DNA of 64,000 nt. It comes from a virus. Position numbers and translations under genes: made by a program. This document shows positions 56,695 to 64,000 of the stretch, piece by piece. The DNA lies in IMG/VR virus record IMGVR_UViG_3300025132_000021, positions 32,001-96,000 of that record; one strand, written 5' to 3'. The notes under the pieces are model-generated. The model was not told where the DNA came from, did no database searches, and saw nothing but the letters and a program-made list of their open reading frames with translations. How positions within the stretch are numbered: position 1 is the stretch's first letter; every line of letters starts with the position of its first letter.

Positions 56695-58698
56695 ATGAGT
56701 TTCAAACCTCCTCAATCTGCGATTAACAACGCCAAGCGTGGCTTAAAGTTGCGTCAAGAGTGGGGTCGTGGAGGCTTGTCGCCCGCAGAGGCTAAGGCTC
56801 AAGGTATTGATTCAGGAGTTACTCGTGCCAGAAAGATTTCATCAGGCACAGTTTCCGAACATGATGTTCGTAGAATGTCGGCTTTTAACCGACACCGTAA
56901 AAACTATCGCCCTGAAAAGAAAATGCCCGACGGAGGACCAACCGCAGGAACTATTGCATGGTTGCTTTGGGGTGGAACTTCTGGTGTGAATTGGGCTAAG
57001 AAAAAGTCTGCTGCTATGAATGCCGAAACTTTTAGTTCTGATGAGTTCACTGAAGAAGAAGAAACTTTAGAAGAACTCTACGAAGATTACTTAGAAGAAT
57101 TAGATACTTACGGACACGATGGTCCTATTATGTCTAAATCTGAATATGGTCGTTACCTTTCAGATATGGAAGATAAAACTTTTGAGGCTCCTAAGATTTG
57201 TTGGGAATGCAACAAAGAATGGGAATATAGTTCACGAGATAAAAGCCATTCCAACTTCTGTCACGATTGTTCTCCAAGACCAGAAACTTTTGATGCTGAA
57301 GAATACGCACCAGAGATGACTGATGAAGAAATGGAAGAGATTTTGCGACAGCGTGAAGCCTTTGAAGAGGAATTAGAACGCTTACAAAATGACCCAGATT
57401 TTACTACTCTTGAAGCCGAAGACCCTGATGACCCTGAATTATTAGGCTACATGGTTAATGTTCCTGTTTTACATTATTACACAGTTGGTCCAGTAGAAGC
57501 GTATAACCGAGAAGATGCTGAAGATGAAGTAGTAGACAACTGGCGTTATTGGCGAAGCACTATTGACAACAATGGCGATTGGGGAGGTCCTATTTGGCGT
57601 TATCGTGGTATTGACATCAGCGAACCAGAAGCCTATTTCCCCACAGAGTATCAAGCCGAATACAAAACCATGCGTAAAGATGAAATCGGTCAATTAGTCT
57701 CTGCTACCAAAGCCTGCTTAGATGCTTTGAATGATTGTTTAGAAGATGATGGGCGTTTCAACATGGACGAATATGATGCTCTTTGGGCTACACATCCTAT
57801 TCTGGCAGACTTACAATCCAAAAGATTTGAAGCGTCTGGTCTAACTATGCCCGCAGGTTTCCAAGAAACTGACGATTATTATTCCGACGACGGCGCACAC
57901 ATTATTACTGCTGAAATCCCATTTTTGGCTCCTAAAGGATACTATATTTCTGATATGGAGTTCCATGATGGACACATTGAAGTAATTTTTATCAGCGAAG
58001 ATGATAAAACTTTTGATGCAGATTGGCGAGAATTGCCTCGTGATTCCAAAGGTCGCTGGATGTCTAAAAAACAACCAAAAGTTTCAACTTATTCTCGTAG
58101 TCTAATTACTCTGCGTGACTTATCTGAACAACTTCAAGAAGGTTTAGGATTAGAAGATTTCAACTCCGCTTACTTTACGGTTCAACAAATGTTAGATGCT
58201 TTCCCCGGTGGAGATTCTGCCGAAGCCCGCCGAGCCTTAAGAGATACCATAGAAGACACGGCTCTTGTGCTACAATATAATGAAGAAATTGATTATCCTA
58301 CTCATATTCAAATCATGGCAGACATTTACCGAGAATCTGGTGATGTTCCTCCAGAACAATACGAAGATGCAGTATTCAATAGACTTGCTTTTGAAGATGA
58401 GTTCGCTGCTGAACGCCGAGTTAAACCAAATCTCCCAAGAACCAGTCCAGACTACACTTATTCTGAAACTTTTGGAAAGAACATTGTTTTGTTGGCAGAA
58501 GATGACGAAGACGAAGGACCTACCGTAGAAGATTTTTTCCGAGAGGCAGAAAAACTTTTCAACAAATATGGTGAGTTCAATTGGGATTCAGAACAGCACG
58601 ATGATGGTTTGCACATCAGTTGCTTTTTAGTTCCGTGGAATGGGGCATATAACTTTTTCCAATACGACGAAGATTTTTCCGAATATCGTGATGAATGA
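56695..58698 (+). CDS. Cassette polyprotein with a basic N-terminal domain ending IAWLLWGG; start revised to ATG 56695
   Basis: MNAE, FEAP, FDAE, LEAE, YQAE, FDAD, FAAE, LLAE junctions. Confidence 0.85.
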   Translation: MSFKPPQSAINNAKRGLKLRQEWGRGGLSPAEAKAQGIDSGVTRARKISSGTVSEHDVRRMSAFNRHRKNYRPEKKMPDGGPTAGTIAWLLWGGTSGVNWAKKKSAAMNAETFSSDEFTEEEETLEELYEDYLEELDTYGHDGPIMSKSEYGRYLSDMEDKTFEAPKICWECNKEWEYSSRDKSHSNFCHDCSPRPETFDAEEYAPEMTDEEMEEILRQREAFEEELERLQNDPDFTTLEAEDPDDPELLGYMVNVPVLHYYTVGPVEAYNREDAEDEVVDNWRYWRSTIDNNGDWGGPIWRYRGIDISEPEAYFPTEYQAEYKTMRKDEIGQLVSATKACLDALNDCLEDDGRFNMDEYDALWATHPILADLQSKRFEASGLTMPAGFQETDDYYSDDGAHIITAEIPFLAPKGYYISDMEFHDGHIEVIFISEDDKTFDADWRELPRDSKGRWMSKKQPKVSTYSRSLITLRDLSEQLQEGLGLEDFNSAYFTVQQMLDAFPGGDSAEARRALRDTIEDTALVLQYNEEIDYPTHIQIMADIYRESGDVPPEQYEDAVFNRLAFEDEFAAERRVKPNLPRTSPDYTYSETFGKNIVLLAEDDEDEGPTVEDFFREAEKLFNKYGEFNWDSEQHDDGLHISCFLVPWNGAYNFFQYDEDFSEYRDE

Positions 58699-58733
58699 GA
58701 ATCTTTAAGTAGTCGTGATGATAAACAATTGTT

Positions 58734-60245
58734 ATGACTGACTTTGAGGCCATGTCCGTTTATGATGCGGGCGAAGACGACATTCTGAACACATTGAGTA
58801 AGTTCAGTAGAGATTATCCTTCCATGAATTACTCAAAAGGTAGTATGGAATACTTGACTTACACCAGTGGTGCATCCAACAAGTTCCACAATTTCTTCCT
58901 TGCTCAAGACGGTTCAGGAAACTATTTCGCTTTCAATGGCTATGCTCGTATTGGGTATGGTCCAACTATCCATCGTATTGCAGGACCTACTTCTGAAGAA
59001 ATGGCTCGTGGTGCTATGCGTAAAAAGATGCGTCAAAAGGAACGCAAGGGCTATGTGAACCGCACTCGTGATTTCAAAAGTTCTATGCGTGCTGAATATG
59101 TAGTCACTGAATCTGGACTTCCAGTTATTCCTGATTCCTATGGCACAAACTCCGCTTTGGACTCTGGACAAGGAGTTCCAGTTTGGTATGGCTCTGCTGA
59201 AGGTGATGACAAGGCTAATTCCGCCCGTAAGTTAGTTGAAATGCTCGGTAATGGAAAGATTGAAGTTAATTCAATTGATAATTTCGTCCAAAACTTTACT
59301 CGTGATACTGATTTCCATGAACTTAGTGAAGATGAATTAGATATTATTTTCCGTGATGGTTCAATGGCAACTATGATTGCTGATAAAACAGCAGATGGTT
59401 ATGAAATCAGCACAGTAGTTGTGGCTTATGACTCCGAACACCACAAGGGACAAGGATACAACGATGAGATGGACGAATCTCTCGGTATGAGACACCGAGG
59501 CTCACACAGCCAAAGTTTCAAAGACCGCCGAGATGAAGCCTCGGCTATGGATAAGCGACACTCCAAAATGGGTCGTAAATATGATGATGTGATGGCTATG
59601 GACAGTGAACACCACAAAGGACAAGGATATAATGATGAAATGGATGAATCTCTCGGAATGCGCCATCGTGGTTCGCACTCCCAAAGTTTCAAAGACCGAA
59701 GAGATGAAGCATCTGCTATGGATAAGAAATATGGCATGATGCGTAAGTATGACGATGTAGCCGCTATGGATGCTGAAGACTATGTAGTTCTTGAATCTGG
59801 ATTACCAGTTATTCCTGATTCTTACGGAACAAACTCTGCTCTTGACTCTGGACAAGGTGTGCCAGTTTGGTATGGTTCTGCTGAAGGAGATTATGATTAC
59901 CAAAGCACTATGGGCGACATTGACTCTGCACCATTTACAGAAGGCACAGTCAATCCAATTACTTTTACTCGTTTGGGTGCTTATGATGTCCCAGTGATTG
60001 ACAATTCTGAAGGCCAAGATTCCGCTATTGGAGGTCGTGGTGTCCCAGAATGGTATGGAAGTGCAGAAGGAGATTACGAAACTTTTATGGACGACTTTGA
60101 CCGCACTGAATACGAATACAAAGATGTTGAACTTGTTAAGCCTTTCAAGACTGGATTTATGGGTGCATTAGGAGTTATCATGGCTCCAGTAGCCGTAACT
60201 TTTGGTGCAGCACTTTTGGGAATGTTTTTGAACCGTGGTGAATAA
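58734..60245 (+). CDS. Tail-anchored cassette polyprotein with a WGR-like domain and internal repeats
   Basis: SNKFH...YARIG...KERKGY; three WYGSAE cassettes; two HHKGQ repeats; hydrophobic tail. Confidence 0.85.
   Translation: MTDFEAMSVYDAGEDDILNTLSKFSRDYPSMNYSKGSMEYLTYTSGASNKFHNFFLAQDGSGNYFAFNGYARIGYGPTIHRIAGPTSEEMARGAMRKKMRQKERKGYVNRTRDFKSSMRAEYVVTESGLPVIPDSYGTNSALDSGQGVPVWYGSAEGDDKANSARKLVEMLGNGKIEVNSIDNFVQNFTRDTDFHELSEDELDIIFRDGSMATMIADKTADGYEISTVVVAYDSEHHKGQGYNDEMDESLGMRHRGSHSQSFKDRRDEASAMDKRHSKMGRKYDDVMAMDSEHHKGQGYNDEMDESLGMRHRGSHSQSFKDRRDEASAMDKKYGMMRKYDDVAAMDAEDYVVLESGLPVIPDSYGTNSALDSGQGVPVWYGSAEGDYDYQSTMGDIDSAPFTEGTVNPITFTRLGAYDVPVIDNSEGQDSAIGGRGVPEWYGSAEGDYETFMDDFDRTEYEYKDVELVKPFKTGFMGALGVIMAPVAVTFGAALLGMFLNRGE
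59439..59777 (+). repeat. Two tandem coding repeats (57 and 56 aa) bounded by YDSE, MDSE, MDAE
   Basis: HHKGQGYNDEMDESLGMRHRGSHSQSFKDRRDEASAMDK occurs twice. Confidence 0.92.
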
Positions 60246-60247
60246 GT

Positions 60248-60601
60248 ATGAAAACAGGAAACTTTTTGGCTATTGGTCTGGCAATTGCTGGAGTCATAGT
60301 TGTTTTTCAAGGAATGAAAAATAAAGAAACCAAAGAGGCTCATGTTTCTCCATCTCAAGAACAATTCGTAGCACGCAACTGGGGAACAGTAGAGCGTGTT
60401 TCTACTGAACGCAACATTTTGGGAGGACAAGCCGTAGGACAAACTTTGAACTATAATGGCATGGGTATCACTCCTGCTGGGCTACAATCCTCAAATGGTA
60501 TTGGACAAGTTTTAGATTTGAATGTTTATGCAGCAACTATGCGTAGCACTGACCCTATCTGGGGACAGAACTACCCGGGTCGTGCTATTGGACAAGAGTA
60601 A
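60248..60601 (+). CDS. N-anchored small membrane protein
   Basis: FLAIGLAIAGVIVVF; GGTGA RBS. Confidence 0.75.
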   Translation: MKTGNFLAIGLAIAGVIVVFQGMKNKETKEAHVSPSQEQFVARNWGTVERVSTERNILGGQAVGQTLNYNGMGITPAGLQSSNGIGQVLDLNVYAATMRSTDPIWGQNYPGRAIGQE

Positions 60602-60644
60602 TCTTTAAGTAGTTGGGCAACGCCATAATACTTGGAGATAGATT

Positions 60645-61178
60645 ATGCTGGATTTTGCAGAACTTCGCAACCGTATTCTTTTGGGAGAAGATGAAGTCTC
60701 CGAAGATGTTAAAGAATCTCCAATAACTCAAGAGTTTCTCCGCCCTGCTACTGGTTTTCCAATTTTGTTTGGTGGACTTTCAGTTGCCTTTGTTATTGCC
60801 GATAAACTCAAGTTAGAAATCTTAGCCGAAGATGGTGAATACAACTATCGTCCTTTGATTCTTTCTATCTTTGGATTATTCCCATTGGGCTTTGGTCTGG
60901 GAGAACTATTCCGTGGACTCTCGGCTCAAAAACAATTTGAACGCTATGAACGCTTAGTCGTGGCTGCTGAATCCGAAGTTGAACGCCTTACCGAAGAAGA
61001 GGAAGAACAAGCAGAACAAGACAATGCTAACGAAGGCAACACCTACGAAGCCGAAAGTTTCTTTAATTTAGACCCAATTGCAGGAGTAGAAGGCGTATTT
61101 TCAGGACCTTTAGTGGGTCAGACTTCTCCTACTATGGGGCGAAGACCTTCGTATGAAGCACAGACCTTTGGATGGTAA
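60645..61178 (+). CDS. 2-TM membrane protein with acidic C-terminal region
   Basis: Promoter at 60604, GGAGA RBS. Confidence 0.75.
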   Translation: MLDFAELRNRILLGEDEVSEDVKESPITQEFLRPATGFPILFGGLSVAFVIADKLKLEILAEDGEYNYRPLILSIFGLFPLGFGLGELFRGLSAQKQFERYERLVVAAESEVERLTEEEEEQAEQDNANEGNTYEAESFFNLDPIAGVEGVFSGPLVGQTSPTMGRRPSYEAQTFGW

Positions 61179-61210
61179 GTATTAAGTAGTCGTAAGTAAT
61201 AGGTGATAAT

Positions 61211-62011
61211 ATGGAAAAGTTCTATTGTGTCGGTTGTAAAAATCACTACGAACTGGAGGTTGTAGAAGCCGTAGAGAAACCTTCAAAGGGAGGTAGCATT
61301 CGTTATTCTTTGGTTTCACGCTGTCCGAAAGGGCATAAAACTACTAAAATCTGCAAGCGAGAGGTTTATGATTCCTATTCTTCTATGGAGGCTGAAACTA
61401 TTGATACCACACCAGTTGAGGCTCCTGCCTCTGAACCTGAAGGTTCAGAACCAACCCCTGCGGGTCCTTCCGCCGTTCCTGCGGTTGATGACCCACGATT
61501 AGAAGTTCCCAAGGCTTTCTGTGCAGAACACAATGAAAGTTTTGAGGCTTGCGGTTGTTCCAGCAAAGATGCTGAAACCATTGTTGGCACAATGACTCCC
61601 GGTGTTAATCTTGAAGCCCTAACTCCTTTGGAGGGTGGCTTAGAAAACGGCGACGGAGAGCCATTAGTTCCTGCTGATGACTTCCTTCCAGAAGGCTCTG
61701 GTCGTGTGATTGGTTCACAATCTACCAGTCATAATTACACACCTATGCACGCTGAAGATGTAGGCGATGACGAAGATGTTTGCGACTCTTGTGGAATTGT
61801 TTGTGGATTAGATGAAATGGTTTATTTCGTAGATGAAGATGACGCTGTTCATCAGAGTGCTTGTTCTGCTTGCTTTGATTCTGAAGAAGTAGAAATGATT
61901 TATGTTGGTGAACCTCGTTCATGGGCAGACAGAAACCGTGCTAAACTTGCTACTGCGGCGGCTGCATTAGCACTTGGTATCCTTTATTTCAATTCCCAGA
62001 AAAAAGAGTAA
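61211..62011 (+). CDS. Tail-anchored protein with zinc-ribbon cassettes
   Basis: CVGC..CPKGH, CDSC..CSAC; MEAE, FCAE, MHAE; tail LATAAAALALGILYF. Confidence 0.8.
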   Translation: MEKFYCVGCKNHYELEVVEAVEKPSKGGSIRYSLVSRCPKGHKTTKICKREVYDSYSSMEAETIDTTPVEAPASEPEGSEPTPAGPSAVPAVDDPRLEVPKAFCAEHNESFEACGCSSKDAETIVGTMTPGVNLEALTPLEGGLENGDGEPLVPADDFLPEGSGRVIGSQSTSHNYTPMHAEDVGDDEDVCDSCGIVCGLDEMVYFVDEDDAVHQSACSACFDSEEVEMIYVGEPRSWADRNRAKLATAAAALALGILYFNSQKKE

Positions 62012-62043
62012 TCTTTAAGTATCAAGATGACTAAATCTTAGTC

Positions 62044-62613
62044 ATGGCAGGATACAATATCTCGTGCGACCCCGGTGATTTATACTCTCGTAAGTGTTAT
62101 GTCGTTACCTCATCAGGTGATAGACAAGAAATTATTGGCTATGACCAGCAAGGCAACCCTATTTCTAAAGCACCTACAACTGCGGCAGGAACAGCGTGGC
62201 AACCCAGCATCACAGTTTTAGATGATTCTGGAAATGCTTATCAACCTTATGGCAGCGCAGGACTACCATTTACTATGAGTGGAATCTCTGGTGTCGGAGG
62301 CATTATGCCCTCATCTGGTGCAGACCCACAAGATTGGAAGTATATTACTGAATCCGCACCCGGTTCACAAGCCCGAAAGATGTATCAAGAGCGCACCTGC
62401 AATCCGCTTTGGCCTACCTTTGGATGTAAAACTTCTAAGAATATCAATCCCACAGGCGTTACCACAGCCCCAACTGATGGCAACCCTCCTGCTGCTTCTG
62501 AAGCATGGTATAACAAGTATTTTGGTTGGTTTAATGCAGAAGAAGATAACTATGCAGACAAAACCACAGATTCTAAGATTTTGACATGGTGTAAAAGTTT
62601 ATTCGGTCAGTGA
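62044..62613 (+). CDS. Hypothetical protein
   Basis: Promoter at 62014. Confidence 0.75.
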   Translation: MAGYNISCDPGDLYSRKCYVVTSSGDRQEIIGYDQQGNPISKAPTTAAGTAWQPSITVLDDSGNAYQPYGSAGLPFTMSGISGVGGIMPSSGADPQDWKYITESAPGSQARKMYQERTCNPLWPTFGCKTSKNINPTGVTTAPTDGNPPAASEAWYNKYFGWFNAEEDNYADKTTDSKILTWCKSLFGQ

Positions 62614-62617
62614 TATT

Positions 62618-62923
62618 ATGACAGACCACGAAAAGAGTCGTATTGAAGAAGAGTTTGCTTCTAAGCAAAAGGCTCAAGAAATTGCGGCTCGTCAAGCATG
62701 GCGAGGACTTTTAGTTCCTGCTGTCGGTTCAGCAGCGTTTTTTGCGTCAGCCGTTGTTGGTTTTATTCGCACCTATCGTAAATATGGATTTCCACACGAT
62801 GCTTTCAAACCATTTGATTATGCTCTAATGGGTATTCCGTTTGTGATTATCGGCATGGCATTCTTCTATCAGTCTGAAGAAGCCGAGTTGGAAAGCAACG
62901 GAGGCAGTTCAAGTGCCGTTTAA
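62618..62923 (+). CDS. 2-TM membrane protein
   Basis: Two hydrophobic helices. Confidence 0.7.
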   Translation: MTDHEKSRIEEEFASKQKAQEIAARQAWRGLLVPAVGSAAFFASAVVGFIRTYRKYGFPHDAFKPFDYALMGIPFVIIGMAFFYQSEEAELESNGGSSSAV

Positions 62924-64000
62924 GTCCCGAAAACAGCAAGACTTCTTGCGAATCAATGAACCTGAAATCTATGATAGATGGATGCGTCTTTATGGACCTT
63001 ATGAAGCCGACTCTGAATCTTGGCAAGGCATTTCTTTAGCAGGTAAAGTAGATGAAATCTCTGAAATGTTAGGAACTCGTAAGAAAAAAGCCGAAGGTGA
63101 CCCAAGTTGGATGAAAAATCCTGAAGAGAAAAGAAAAGTTTTCTTAAAACTTCAGAAACAAGATGGAGTCCCTCGTATTTGTGAAGTCTGCGAAGATGCC
63201 TACACAGGTTTGTATTACTACACAGAAGATAACGAAACTTTTGTAGTTTGTCGCCCGTGTGTTCAACAAGGAGAACAAGATTGGTCAGAACTATTTGGTG
63301 TTAAACCAGATTGGACAGGTGAACGAGGAGGTCGCACTCGTAATTTAGTAATGCGTAGTGATTATGATTATGTGCCTAAAGCAGATTGTTCTAATTGTGG
63401 AAAACCTGCTGACTTTGCAGTTTATTCTTTGCCCGTTGGTAGCCGATATTTCTGTCAAGAACGCTGTTATTCTGATTATGTAGGATTGCCACCAGAGCCA
63501 GAAGGTTATTATGGCTACACAGCCGAAGATGAACCCGAATGGGTAGTATCTTCTGAAGATATTCAAATCGGAGATAAAGTTAGAAGTTATGATTTTTGTT
63601 TTGGAGGTAAAACTTTACAACTTGATTCTTATGTAGAAGGATATGTTTTACAAATTGCCCCTGTTGAATGGTGTTCACCAACTTGTAATCATTATCATAT
63701 TCGCACCACTGCTCGCCTAATGGGTGGAAAAGTGCAAGAAGATTACGAAGATTATTACTTTCCAGTAGCCGATGCGAACCAAACCGTAGTTAGGCGTTTG
63801 CGAAGTATGAATGCTGAAGATACTCCAAAGCGTATATTTAGCCTAAGTAATCTATGTTGCTCTCGCTGTGGTAGGTATAGTTTTTGTAAAGAAACTTTCA
63901 AATGCTTGCGAGAAGATTGTGACTATGAAGAAGAACCAAGAGAAAGAGTAAGTAATGTGATTACTCTCAAAGGTAAAGTAGTAGATAAAGGACATGGAAC
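62913..64000 (+). CDS. Cassette protein with several zinc-ribbon modules; runs off the window and is not in the ORF track
   Basis: GGAGG RBS, GTG start MPFKSRKQQDFLRINEPEIYDRW; frame open to 64000; YEAD, YTAE, MNAE junctions. Confidence 0.8.
   Translation, partial: MPFKSRKQQDFLRINEPEIYDRWMRLYGPYEADSESWQGISLAGKVDEISEMLGTRKKKAEGDPSWMKNPEEKRKVFLKLQKQDGVPRICEVCEDAYTGLYYYTEDNETFVVCRPCVQQGEQDWSELFGVKPDWTGERGGRTRNLVMRSDYDYVPKADCSNCGKPADFAVYSLPVGSRYFCQERCYSDYVGLPPEPEGYYGYTAEDEPEWVVSSEDIQIGDKVRSYDFCFGGKTLQLDSYVEGYVLQIAPVEWCSPTCNHYHIRTTARLMGGKVQEDYEDYYFPVADANQTVVRRLRSMNAEDTPKRIFSLSNLCCSRCGRYSFCKETFKCLREDCDYEEEPRERVSNVITLKGKVVDKGHG

Noticed and set aside
42736-60069. Repeated cassettes as RiPP precursors or diversity-generating retroelement repeats
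   Set aside because: No modifying enzymes or reverse transcriptase in the window, and differences between copies are mostly synonymous rather than adenine-specific
2293-62024. Recurring CTTTAAGTAGT as CRISPR repeat or att site
   Set aside because: Too short, irregularly spaced, and always at a fixed distance before start codons; it is a promoter
296-63566. All minus-strand ORFs and nested alternative-frame plus-strand ORFs in the track
   Set aside because: They lie within longer plus-strand genes that tile the window with promoters and RBSs; none has recognisable motifs

Overview
64 kb of a gene-dense, entirely plus-strand genome, most likely a large virus of an archaeon. The evidence is 37 near-identical TATA-type boxes, most about 30 nt before leaderless start codons, GGAGG/GGTGA ribosome-binding sites, and acidic DxDxDG-repeat proteins. 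A marine Thermoplasmatota/Poseidoniales-like host is my inference only. Recognisable genes: class II ribonucleotide reductase, ArsA/Get3-family ATPase, a MoxR-AAA/HExxH-peptidase/vWA cluster, a HerA/FtsK-type ATPase (candidate packaging motor), two tandem paralogous putative single-jelly-roll capsid proteins plus a third paralog, a methyltransferase, a pyruvyltransferase, a GT2, a classical AAA ATPase and tRNA-Ala(UGC). Most unusual observations: (1) many membrane-anchored proteins are strings of shuffled cassettes whose boundaries fall on a hydrophobic-x-(A/S)-(E/D) motif, suggesting a protease-processed polyprotein cargo system; (2) about ten tail-anchored proteins sit in the same window as a Get3-like ATPase; (3) an 82-nt RNA with its own promoter, a tRNA-like acceptor stem, an encoded CCA and anti-Shine-Dalgarno-like loops; (4) a kink-turn hairpin directly after the capsid genes. 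All family assignments come from motif recognition by eye; no database search was run.
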